A stretch of DNA of 64,000 nucleotides, taken from assembly GCF_013122565.1 (NCBI RefSeq), contig NZ_CP053258.1; one strand, written 5' to 3'. This DNA is from Escherichia coli (GTDB taxonomy: Bacteria > Pseudomonadota > Gammaproteobacteria > Enterobacterales > Enterobacteriaceae). A program made the position numbers and the translations under genes. Within the stretch, counting starts at the first letter, position 1; each line of letters starts with the position of its first letter. The notes under the pieces were generated by a model. It was not told the DNA's origin, searched no databases, and saw only the letters and a program-made list of their open reading frames with translations. This document shows positions 49,805 through 59,873 of this stretch, piece by piece.

Positions 49805-50371
49805 ATGTACGAGCGTTATGCAGGTTTAATTTTTGATATGGATGGCACAATCCTGGATACGGAGCCTACGCACCGTAAAGCGTGGCGCGAAGTATTAGGG
49901 CACTACGGTCTTCAGTACGATGTTCAGGCAATGATTGCGCTTAATGGCTCGCCCACCTGGCGTATTGCTCAGGCGATTATTGAGCTGAATCAGGCCGATC
50001 TCGACCCGCATGCGTTAGCGCGTGAAAAAACAGAAGCAGTAAGAAGTATGCTGCTGGATAGTGTCGAGCCGCTTCCTCTTGTTGAAGTGGTGAAAAGTTG
50101 GCATGGTCGTCGCCCAATGGCTGTAGGAACGGGGAGTGAAAGCGCCATCGCTGAGGCATTGCTGGCGCATCTGGGATTACGCCGTTATTTTGACGCTGTC
50201 GTCGCTGCTGATCACGTCAAACACCATAAACCCGCGCCAGACACATTTTTGTTGTGCGCGCAGCGTATGGGCGTGCAACCGACACAGTGTGTGGTCTTTG
50301 AAGATGCCGATTTCGGTATTCAGGCGGCCCGTGCAGCAGGCATGGACGCTGTGGATGTTCGCTTGCTGTGA
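49805..50371 (+). CDS. yqaB: HAD-family sugar phosphatase YqaB
   Basis: 188-aa ORF with HAD motif I (FDMDGT). Confidence 0.9.
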   Translation: MYERYAGLIFDMDGTILDTEPTHRKAWREVLGHYGLQYDVQAMIALNGSPTWRIAQAIIELNQADLDPHALAREKTEAVRSMLLDSVEPLPLVEVVKSWHGRRPMAVGTGSESAIAEALLAHLGLRRYFDAVVAADHVKHHKPAPDTFLLCAQRMGVQPTQCVVFEDADFGIQAARAAGMDAVDVRLL

Positions 50372-50796
50372 GTGAAGCGTTATCGCTTTTCTCGTTGTTT
50401 GCCAGTAGTTTTCTCAGCGCTACACTATTACCCGGCAACTCCGAAGTCGTGCTGGTGGCAATGTTGCTTTCCGGGATCAGTCATCCCTGGGTTTTAGTTT
50501 TAACAGCAACAATGGGTAATAGCCTTGGAGGGTTAACTAACGTTATCCTTGGGCGTTTCTTTCCATTGCGTAAAACATCGCGCTGGCAAGAGAAAGCTAC
50601 CGGCTGGCTGAAACGCTATGGTGCAGTCACGCTATTATTAAGCTGGATGCCCGTGGTTGGCGATTTACTGTGTCTGTTAGCGGGATGGATGCGCATCTCC
50701 TGGGGACCGGTAATCTTTTTTTTGTGCCTTGGTAAAGCGTTACGCTATGTTGCAGTTGCAGCAGCTACCGTTCAGGGCATGATGTGGTGGCACTAA
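50368..50796 (+). CDS. yqaA: Inner-membrane protein YqaA (DedA/SNARE-associated family)
   Basis: 142-aa membrane ORF overlapping the yqaB stop. Confidence 0.88.
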   Translation: MSEALSLFSLFASSFLSATLLPGNSEVVLVAMLLSGISHPWVLVLTATMGNSLGGLTNVILGRFFPLRKTSRWQEKATGWLKRYGAVTLLLSWMPVVGDLLCLLAGWMRISWGPVIFFLCLGKALRYVAVAAATVQGMMWWH

Positions 50797-50841
50797 TTGT
50801 AGGCCTGCACATATGGTCACCATTACAGTTATGCTAATTAA

Positions 50842-52425
<1,584 letters not shown>

Positions 52426-52433
52426 CAGAAAAG

Positions 52434-52506
52434 AAAAAGGCCACTCGTGAGTGGCCAAAATTTCATCTCTGAATTCAGGGATGATGATAACAAATGCGCG
52501 TCTTTC
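52434..52506 (-). ncRNA. micA: MicA (SraD) Hfq-dependent sRNA, antisense in the gshA-luxS gap
   Basis: Minus-strand sequence GAAAGACGCGCATTTGTTATCATCATCCCTGAATTCAGAGATGAAATTTTGGCCACTCACGAGTGGCCTTTTT matches MicA as I recall it, including the terminator hairpin and U-tail. Confidence 0.9.
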
Positions 52507-52574
52507 ATATACTCAGACTCGCCTGGGAAGAAAGAGTTCAGAAAATTTTTAAAAAAATTACCGGAGGTGGCTAA

Positions 52575-53090
52575 ATGCCGTTGTTAGATAGCTTCACAGT
52601 CGATCATACCCGGATGGAAGCGCCTGCAGTTCGGGTGGCGAAAACAATGAACACCCCGCATGGCGACGCAATCACCGTGTTCGATCTGCGCTTCTGCGTG
52701 CCGAACAAAGAAGTGATGCCAGAAAGAGGGATCCATACCCTGGAGCACCTGTTTGCTGGTTTTATGCGTAACCATCTTAACGGTAATGGTGTAGAGATTA
52801 TCGATATCTCGCCAATGGGCTGCCGCACCGGTTTTTATATGAGTCTGATTGGTACGCCAGATGAGCAGCGTGTCGCTGATGCCTGGAAAGCGGCAATGGA
52901 AGACGTGCTGAAAGTGCAGGATCAGAATCAGATCCCGGAACTGAACGTCTACCAGTGTGGCACTTACCAGATGCACTCGTTGCAGGAAGCGCAGGATATT
53001 GCGCGTAGCATTCTGGAACGTGACGTGCGCATCAACAGCAACGAAGAACTGGCGCTGCCGAAAGAAAAGTTGCAGGAACTGCACATTTAG
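52575..53090 (+). CDS. luxS: S-ribosylhomocysteine lyase LuxS (AI-2 synthase)
   Basis: 171-aa ORF ([14 protein letters not shown]) with HTLEH metal motif. Confidence 0.96.
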
Positions 53091-53107
53091 TCAGTGGAAC
53101 AAAAGAA

Positions 53108-53140
53108 GCCGGGCAGGTGACACCACCGCCCGGTTTTTTT
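53108..53140. terminator. Bidirectional intrinsic terminator shared by luxS (+) and the HD-Pnk gene (-): GCCGGGC..GCCCGG plus T7
   Basis: Hairpin and T-tract read in sequence; the HD-Pnk stop codon overlaps the T-tract. Confidence 0.75.
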
Positions 53141-54251
53141 ACCTTTCAATCACCCGATACTCCACGCTATGTGCTTCATCAGGTTGAGGAACTTCCAGCC
53201 TTGAGGCCATCCGCAGCACGACCGCTTCAGGAACTGCATACTCGCGTCTGGCATTTTGCTGCTTCCATTGCGTCCATGGCACTTCCAGATAAACGATTTT
53301 TACTCGTGCGCCGTAAGCCGTAAACAGACTGATGAGCTGGCTACGCAGCTGGCGGGTAATGTTCGTTGCATTCCAGATGAACGGCTTTTTCTGGCGTAAA
53401 AAAACGCGTGCCTCTTCTTTTGCCTGTTGCACAATACGCCCGGTGGCGGTTTTGTCGTCCGGACTGGCATTGATTCGCCGCCGCATATCATCAAGGCTGA
53501 TAACGTCAATTCCCTGGCACTGTTCACTGATATAGCGATCTTTGCCCATACCCGGTAAGCCACACAGCAAAATAACCTCAAAAGGTTCAGCCCCCCAGGG
53601 AACAAAATCAGGAGAACTTTGCTCATGAGTCAGGTAGTGCCAGCGTGCGGAATCAGAAACGAACGGGCGCACTTTTCCCCAACACTGTTGCTCCTGGCAA
53701 AACAGCTCGAACAGATCGATGCGTTCCAGCATTGATTGCTGATCCGGGCTTTGGCGACCAAGCAGATCGGCACGAGCAAGCAAAGCGAGCAGACGCGTGT
53801 CGATGCGCATTGCAGCCGTGAGCAGCAAACGCTCCGGTTCCGGACGTTCCAGTAACCACAGCGGTAACCCATGCAGACGCACCAGCGCAACAATTTGCTC
53901 GCGTAGCACGAACGGCGTAGGGATATCGCGCCATAAAATTTGTCGGGCCGTCAATTCGCCCCGCCGAGCATGGCCAGGCGACTGAATACGTCCGTTTTCC
54001 TGCACGGTAGTGCTGCGCTTTTCAACATCATGCAATAACGCCGCCGCCCATAAAACTTCCTGCTGTTGAGCGGGGAGTTGCTGGAATTCTGGCAGAGTAA
54101 CGAGGGCGTTCAGCACCATTTCGGTATGCACGCCGACGTCGCCTTCACCATGATGCTCCGGGTCTTGTGGCGTGTGATGCATCTCCTCAACCCAACTGAA
54201 ACGCTGGAGTAGTGTCGACCAGCGTTTATCGTCGGTAAGCTGCCAAATCAT
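53139..54251 (-). CDS. Bifunctional RNA/DNA end-healing enzyme candidate: N-terminal HD-domain phosphoesterase fused to a C-terminal P-loop polynucleotide 5'-OH kinase (HD-Pnk type)
   Basis: 370-aa ORF; HD motifs ([18 protein letters not shown], later His/Asp); Walker A GLPGMGKD followed by an acidic DVISLDD segment; ATGA overlap with the upstream ligase gene; absent from the K-12 luxS-emrB junction as I recall it. Confidence 0.75.
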   Translation of the reverse strand: MIWQLTDDKRWSTLLQRFSWVEEMHHTPQDPEHHGEGDVGVHTEMVLNALVTLPEFQQLPAQQQEVLWAAALLHDVEKRSTTVQENGRIQSPGHARRGELTARQILWRDIPTPFVLREQIVALVRLHGLPLWLLERPEPERLLLTAAMRIDTRLLALLARADLLGRQSPDQQSMLERIDLFELFCQEQQCWGKVRPFVSDSARWHYLTHEQSSPDFVPWGAEPFEVILLCGLPGMGKDRYISEQCQGIDVISLDDMRRRINASPDDKTATGRIVQQAKEEARVFLRQKKPFIWNATNITRQLRSQLISLFTAYGARVKIVYLEVPWTQWKQQNARREYAVPEAVVLRMASRLEVPQPDEAHSVEYRVIER

Positions 54252-54955
54252 GACTGTTCTCCATAAGCGAACTCATGGGCCATCCGCGCCCGTTGCCAGT
54301 GTCGTTTCCAGTGCACGGTGGTTTTGACATGATTTTTGCGCACATACTTGAAGACGTTATGCGAAAAGTCAGCGACGGAAAACGCATCACGATTCCGGCT
54401 GACAATGCCTTCCAGCGTACAGGGTTGCCCGGTTTGTGTATCCCAGGGATCGAACGCGCCGCGCGCATTGGTCAGTGCCAGAAAATCACGTTGCCAGCTT
54501 TTTTCATCATTCCCCGGCTGCGGACCGGAGATTTCGGGAACGCAGGGGAAATCAAACAGAGCGGCGTAAAACTGCACCTCTTCCCAGCTCAGCCACATAT
54601 CCTGGCAGCGAACGGCAAACAGGTAAAAGTCCTGTTCCAGCGCGCGGTATTCAATGGAATGAACGGCGTAGAGATTTTCACCAAACAGTTCCAGATCGCC
54701 GAGATCGTTTTTCAGCAGTTGCCAACGCTGGCGAATTTTATAAGTCCATGCCGACTGCGTAGGCGCAGCATGGGAACGGGCAAACACGCCGTAGCGGTTA
54801 AGGCAGTTATTTTCGCCGTCGAGTTTTTCTGTGTGCACCAGTTGCGCAATGGCCTGTAAATCCTGCCAGTAATCGGCGTTAATGCGGTCATCGCTGGTGG
54901 TGCCAGGGGAGAAAGGATAATGCCAGGTTCTCCCGTATTTTCGTTGGGTATTCAT
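54248..54955 (-). CDS. ATP-dependent RNA ligase-like covalent nucleotidyltransferase (small Rnl-type)
   Basis: 235-aa ORF with motif I KLDG (Lys44), FGEN motif III-like, EGIV motif IV, FKYVRK motif V; stop overlaps the HD-Pnk start. Confidence 0.75.
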   Translation of the reverse strand: MNTQRKYGRTWHYPFSPGTTSDDRINADYWQDLQAIAQLVHTEKLDGENNCLNRYGVFARSHAAPTQSAWTYKIRQRWQLLKNDLGDLELFGENLYAVHSIEYRALEQDFYLFAVRCQDMWLSWEEVQFYAALFDFPCVPEISGPQPGNDEKSWQRDFLALTNARGAFDPWDTQTGQPCTLEGIVSRNRDAFSVADFSHNVFKYVRKNHVKTTVHWKRHWQRARMAHEFAYGEQS

Positions 54956-55176
54956 AATAATCCATTATTTTGTGTGTAATAAATGTACGCCCGCGAGGGT
55001 GCGAGTTATGGGGTTAAAAGAAAAATGTGAGTATCACCCGCGAAAGCGAGGGCGAAGGAAAAAGAGAATTAACAACCTGAGCGAATGCTCAGAACCGGTT
55101 AATGGTGAATGGAAGAGTTTGGGGCGGCGAAAAGATACACCGAATGAGTGGATAAAACAACCGTTTGCAGAATGAG

Positions 55177-55202
55177 CAAATAAAAAGGGAGCCGAAGCTC
55201 CC
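55177..55202 (-). terminator. Intrinsic terminator of emrB (GGGAGC-TTCG-GCTCCC hairpin plus T-rich tail on the minus strand)
   Basis: Hairpin 10 nt downstream of the emrB stop. Confidence 0.75.
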
Positions 55203-55212
55203 TTTGACAACC

Positions 55213-56751
55213 TTAGTGCGCACCGCCTCCGCCGCCACCTGCGCCAAAGGGCGGTTTAGCAAACCACACCAGCCCCAGCAGGACGAGGAATATCCCGGCT
55301 GACATCCAGAAGATCTCATTGGCGGAAATAATCAGCCCCTGGTTAGTGATCTGCTGGGCAATCCAGCCTGATGCCTGCTGTTGCGTCATCCCAAGCCCTT
55401 CCAGTTGACTATACATCGCCTGGGCATTCGGGTTGAACGGGTTTACCGACTCAGTCAACTGCGCATGGTGCATCGACTCGCGGTTGGTCCACATGGTAGT
55501 GGTTATCGATGTGCCGATAGACCCCGCCAGCGTTCGCGTAAAGTTGGAGAGGCTCGATGCCGCCGCCAGTCGTTCCGGTGGCAAACCAGACAGCGTAATG
55601 GTGGTCAGCGGCATAAAGAAGCAGGCCACCGCAAACCCCTGGATAAACTGCGGCCATGCCGACGCGCCAAAATCCATACCTGGTTCAAAGGTATAGGCAC
55701 GCCAGTAGAAGCAGACGGCATACATAATAAAGCTGAAGGTTACCAGCCGCCGCATATCCAGTTTATGCGCGAAGCGGCCGATAATTGGCGACAGGATCAC
55801 CGGAATAATCCCTACCGGCGCAGAGGCCAAACCTGCCCAGGTCGCCGTGTAACCGTAGACCTCCTGCAACAACTGCGGCAGCAGAACAATAGCGCCGAAG
55901 TAGAGCATATACGCGAGGCTGATACACAAGCAGCCGATGGTGAAGTTGCGCGACTTAAACAACGACAGATCGACTATCGGGTTATCGTCGGTCAGCTCCC
56001 AGACAATCAGGAAGCAGATAGCCACCACCGCCACCACGGTAAGGATGATAATTTCCTGTGATGAAAACCAGTCCAGCTCTTTACCGCGGTCGAGCATAAT
56101 CTGCAGGCTGCCGATACCAATAACCAGCAGTGCCAGCCCCACGGCATCAATTCGCCGCCGTTCGGTGCGGGTTTCACGTCCGCGCAGAGTTTGCAGTGTC
56201 ATCAACACCACCGCCACGCCAATCGGCACGTTGATGAAGAATATCCAGCCCCAGTGGTAATTATCGCTGATATATCCGCCGAGGATTGGGCCGCAAATTG
56301 GCGCGACAATCACCGTCATCGACCACAACGCCAGCGCGATTGAGCGTTTGGCTGGCGGGTAATTATTCAGCAATAGACTTTGCGAAAGCGGGATCAACGG
56401 CCCGGCGACAATCCCCTGAATCACGCGGAAGAAGATCAGCATATTCAGGCTGCTGGAGACACCACACGCCCACGACGCAATAGCAAAGGCGATGGTTGAC
56501 CAGAGGAACAGTTTCACTTCCCCGACGCGCTTTGCCAGCCAGCCGGTAAGCGGGATCGAGATGGCATTCGCCACCCCGAAAGAAGTGATTACCCACGTTC
56601 CCTGGCTGAGCGATGAGCCCAGATTCCCGGCGATAGTGGGGATCGCCACGTTAGCAATGGTGGAGTCCAGCACCTGCATGAATGTCGCCAGTGACAGCGC
56701 AATCGTCATAATGACCAGTTGCGCGCCTTCCAGCGGTTTTTGCTGTTGCAT
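55213..56751 (-). CDS. emrB: Multidrug efflux MFS transporter EmrB (start MQQQKPLEG)
   Basis: 512-aa 14-TM MFS ORF; 16-nt gap after emrA. Confidence 0.94.
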   Translation of the reverse strand: MQQQKPLEGAQLVIMTIALSLATFMQVLDSTIANVAIPTIAGNLGSSLSQGTWVITSFGVANAISIPLTGWLAKRVGEVKLFLWSTIAFAIASWACGVSSSLNMLIFFRVIQGIVAGPLIPLSQSLLLNNYPPAKRSIALALWSMTVIVAPICGPILGGYISDNYHWGWIFFINVPIGVAVVLMTLQTLRGRETRTERRRIDAVGLALLVIGIGSLQIMLDRGKELDWFSSQEIIILTVVAVVAICFLIVWELTDDNPIVDLSLFKSRNFTIGCLCISLAYMLYFGAIVLLPQLLQEVYGYTATWAGLASAPVGIIPVILSPIIGRFAHKLDMRRLVTFSFIMYAVCFYWRAYTFEPGMDFGASAWPQFIQGFAVACFFMPLTTITLSGLPPERLAAASSLSNFTRTLAGSIGTSITTTMWTNRESMHHAQLTESVNPFNPNAQAMYSQLEGLGMTQQQASGWIAQQITNQGLIISANEIFWMSAGIFLVLLGLVWFAKPPFGAGGGGGGAH

Positions 56752-56767
56752 CACACGCACCTCTGGA

Positions 56768-57940
56768 TTAGCCAGCGTTAGCTTTTACGATATCGTCGAT
56801 CAGTTTATTGACAGGTGCCAGGCTGATTTCACGCGCGGTGCTTACCGCTACCGGTGTGGAACGTACTTTATTTGCCAGTACCTGACCGTCACGGTTAGTG
56901 GTATTGACGCTCACCAGCGTGGACAAACCGATACGCAGCGGGTATTGCTCGAGCTGTTTCTGGTCCAGTTCAATACGAACAGGCAGACGCTGAACGACTT
57001 TGATCCAGTTACCGGTGGCATTTTGCGCCGGAAGCAGTGAGAACGCGCTACCCGTGCCCATATCCAGACCAACCACTTTACCGGTGTATTTCACATCATC
57101 GCCGTAAATATCGGTGGTGATGGTGACCGGCTGACCGATACGCATATTGGCAATCTGCGTCTCTTTAAAGTTGGCATCCACCCACATATTGGTGGCTGGA
57201 ACGACCGCCATCAGCGGCGTCGTTGGGCTAATTTGTGCCCCAGGCTGTACCGCGCGGCGGGAGACATAACCGGTCATCGGACTGACAATACGGGTACGCT
57301 CCAGCGCCAGCCAGGCGTTACGTACTTCGGTGGCAGCCTGTTGCACGGCAGGCTGATCTTCCAGTTTAGTCCCCAGAATCATCGCCTGATTGGCATTGTA
57401 TTGTTGAATAGCGACGTCCAGTTGTGCCTGGGCACTGGTGACGGCGTCGCGGGCGTGTTGCAGCTCTTCGCGACCAATCAGGTTGGCATTGCCCAGCGGC
57501 ACACGGCGGTTGTAGTCGCTTTGTGCTTTCGCGAGGGCGATTTTTTGCACCTCAATATTCGCCTGCAACTGTTTGCTGTTAATCATCAGCTGGTGGGTTT
57601 GGCGAACGCTGGAAGCCAGTGCAGTTTTGGCTTTTTCAAACGCCTGGCGAGCATCTGTCGGGTCGAGAGTGACCAGCACGTCGCCTTCTTTTACAAAATC
57701 GGTGTTATCGGCCCAGACTTTCGTCACGCTGCCAGACACCTGAGACATAATTTGAATCTGATTCCCTGCCACGTATGCGTCATCGGTTTCTTCGAAGTGA
57801 CGCAGTACCAAAAACCAATAAATCCCTATCGCTACGGCAATAATTATAAAGAGCAAGGTGAGAAGGAGGAGCAGACGCTTACGTTTGCCGCTCTTCTTTA
57901 CCGGTTGCTGCGGGGTTTGAGTCTCCGCATTTGCGCTCAT
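56768..57940 (-). CDS. emrA: Multidrug efflux periplasmic adaptor EmrA (start MSANAETQ)
   Basis: 390-aa ORF with single N-terminal TM and HlyD-like coiled coil. Confidence 0.94.
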   Translation of the reverse strand: MSANAETQTPQQPVKKSGKRKRLLLLLTLLFIIIAVAIGIYWFLVLRHFEETDDAYVAGNQIQIMSQVSGSVTKVWADNTDFVKEGDVLVTLDPTDARQAFEKAKTALASSVRQTHQLMINSKQLQANIEVQKIALAKAQSDYNRRVPLGNANLIGREELQHARDAVTSAQAQLDVAIQQYNANQAMILGTKLEDQPAVQQAATEVRNAWLALERTRIVSPMTGYVSRRAVQPGAQISPTTPLMAVVPATNMWVDANFKETQIANMRIGQPVTITTDIYGDDVKYTGKVVGLDMGTGSAFSLLPAQNATGNWIKVVQRLPVRIELDQKQLEQYPLRIGLSTLVSVNTTNRDGQVLANKVRSTPVAVSTAREISLAPVNKLIDDIVKANAG

Positions 57941-58066
57941 ATTGTTCTCCACGATCTTCTTAACTCATCGGCTGAGCCGACCTGCTTGCCAAAAAGGCCA
58001 GCATGTTGCGATGCTGGCCAGTCATTTTTTCTTTTATAAATCTGGATTTTTGAGCGAGATGACGCG

Positions 58067-58597
58067 TTAGCTCATCGCTTCGAGAACCACACCGTCTTGT
58101 TCCATCTGGTCGAGACGGGAGAGCAATTTGCGGGTGATTTGCTCGAGCTGATCTTTTTCTGTTGTACTGAGCGCGGACCAGAGTTGATGCAGGCAGTTAT
58201 GCTGCGGTGGTAAAACCTCGCGCAAAAACTCGTGACCTTTTTCCGTTAATTGCAGATGCAGGCAGCGGCGATCGTTATCGCTTTCACGACGTTCGATCCA
58301 ACCGCGTTTTTCCAGTTCATCGGCAATACGCGTCGCGTTGGTACGGGATGATCCAAGAGCACAACTCAATTCAGAAGGCTGAATACTGTGGTTTTCCTGA
58401 GACTCCAGCGTAATCAACGCCATAAACAACGTCTCGTTAATCCCCTGAGCCTTCAGCATTTTATTGCGGTTCTCCAGCAGCTTGCTTTGCATGTGCATGC
58501 AAAGACGAGTCAGAAGGATCTCCTGATAAGGAAAATCTTCGTGGCGGCTGGCGCGAAATTTTAGCATTTGTTCAATGGGCGTAAACGAACTATCCAT
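58067..58597 (-). CDS. emrR: MarR-family repressor EmrR (MprA)
   Basis: 176-aa MarR-type ORF upstream of emrAB. Confidence 0.94.
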
Positions 58598-58687
58598 TTG
58601 GGTATGACCTCATTAATTTCAGCCGATATAGTAACGACAGTGACAAATAAAGTAAATGTATTGTTTTAGAAAAATGATTCTTATGGG

Positions 58688-59023
58688 TTATATAATCGCC
58701 ATCACTTTCCAGGCGAGCCCGTAGGCCAGCGCACTAAGCAGTGTTGGGATGATAATGCTGCGTGTTTTATAGAAACTGGCACCCAGTACCGCGAAGCCGA
58801 CCAGCGTGGGCACGAAACGGCGTGTATCGTGCATCACTTCTGGTGCGGTAGAGACAACCAGCAGAGCGCATATCGAGGCGATGCCAATGGTGTCGAGCAA
58901 TATGCCTATCACGCCACGTTTGGTTGGGCGGGCATTACCCACACGCAGGCGCAGCGGCAAATAGCGGAAACAATAATTCGCCGTGCCAACCAGTAACCCA
59001 AGCAGCAAAACCTCATAGCTCAT
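58688..59023 (-). CDS. ygaH: L-valine exporter small subunit YgaH (AzlD-like)
   Basis: 111-aa membrane ORF overlapping ygaZ. Confidence 0.88.
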   Translation of the reverse strand: MSYEVLLLGLLVGTANYCFRYLPLRLRVGNARPTKRGVIGILLDTIGIASICALLVVSTAPEVMHDTRRFVPTLVGFAVLGASFYKTRSIIIPTLLSALAYGLAWKVMAII

Positions 59024-59750
59024 CGGGCGCTCCTTGCCAGAATGCCTGGATTAACGCAGTGAGGCAGCCACAGACAATGCCTGCCAGAATGGCGACGGGA
59101 ATAGAAAATAGCGTTACGCCTGCAAGGGCACCAACTAACGCTGCGGTAACGCAAAGAGATTGTTTGCGCTGGAAAGAGGCGAGCAGGAAACTCATAAAGA
59201 GTGCCGGAAGCATAAAACCTAATGCAGCTTCAACGGCGGGATAACCTTGCAGCAAGCCGCTGCCGGAGAATGCCCCTATTACCGTACCAAATACCCACGA
59301 TGACCATGAACTGAAGGCAATGCCGATCATCCAGTTCTCGCTCCAGCGGCGATTATTGCGTACCAGTTTTGCGGTTGCGGCGGCAAAAACCTCATCCGTC
59401 AGGCCAAACGCCCATAGGGCGGTTTTCGATTTTTGCAGACGCTGAATAATACGGCTACGCAGTGACGGGCCATACAAAACATGGCGAACATCCATTGCCA
59501 TGACGGTCAGTGCAGCAACCCACAAACTACTCCCGGCTGCCAGCATCGCGGTAATGACGAACTGGCTCGCGCCTGCATAAATGATGCAGGAGAAAAAAAC
59601 GCTTTCGAGAGGAGAGAATCCCAGACGGGTCGCATTCAGACCGAACGCAAAGGCCACCGGAATATAACTAATAACAATCGGTAAACTGTCTTTGCATCCT
59701 TCCATGAAGGTCGCCGAACCAGGAGCAGGCAGTGGAGTAGGGCTTTCCAT
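59013..59750 (-). CDS. ygaZ: L-valine exporter large subunit YgaZ (AzlC-like)
   Basis: 245-aa membrane ORF. Confidence 0.88.
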   Translation of the reverse strand: MESPTPLPAPGSATFMEGCKDSLPIVISYIPVAFAFGLNATRLGFSPLESVFFSCIIYAGASQFVITAMLAAGSSLWVAALTVMAMDVRHVLYGPSLRSRIIQRLQKSKTALWAFGLTDEVFAAATAKLVRNNRRWSENWMIGIAFSSWSSWVFGTVIGAFSGSGLLQGYPAVEAALGFMLPALFMSFLLASFQRKQSLCVTAALVGALAGVTLFSIPVAILAGIVCGCLTALIQAFWQGAPDEL

Positions 59751-59873
59751 AGAGTGTACGCTTAACGATTGTTAATATTATAAATAGACTGAATGAATAT
59801 CTTAACCTTATCAGACTGATGGGCTTCTTAACACCCTTATAAGTGTAAAGCCACGAAAACGGTTGCTGATTGC

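Noticed and set aside
54972-55175. 67-aa basic ORF on the plus strand in the cassette upstream region
   Set aside because: No convincing ribosome-binding site, low-complexity basic composition, and it overlaps the likely promoter region of the cassette; probably spurious, though not strictly excluded.
53091-55212. Mobile-element signatures (integrase, IS, flanking direct repeats) around the RNA-repair cassette
   Set aside because: None found by eye; the flanks are the native luxS and emrB terminators, so the cassette cannot be called a mobile element from this sequence alone.
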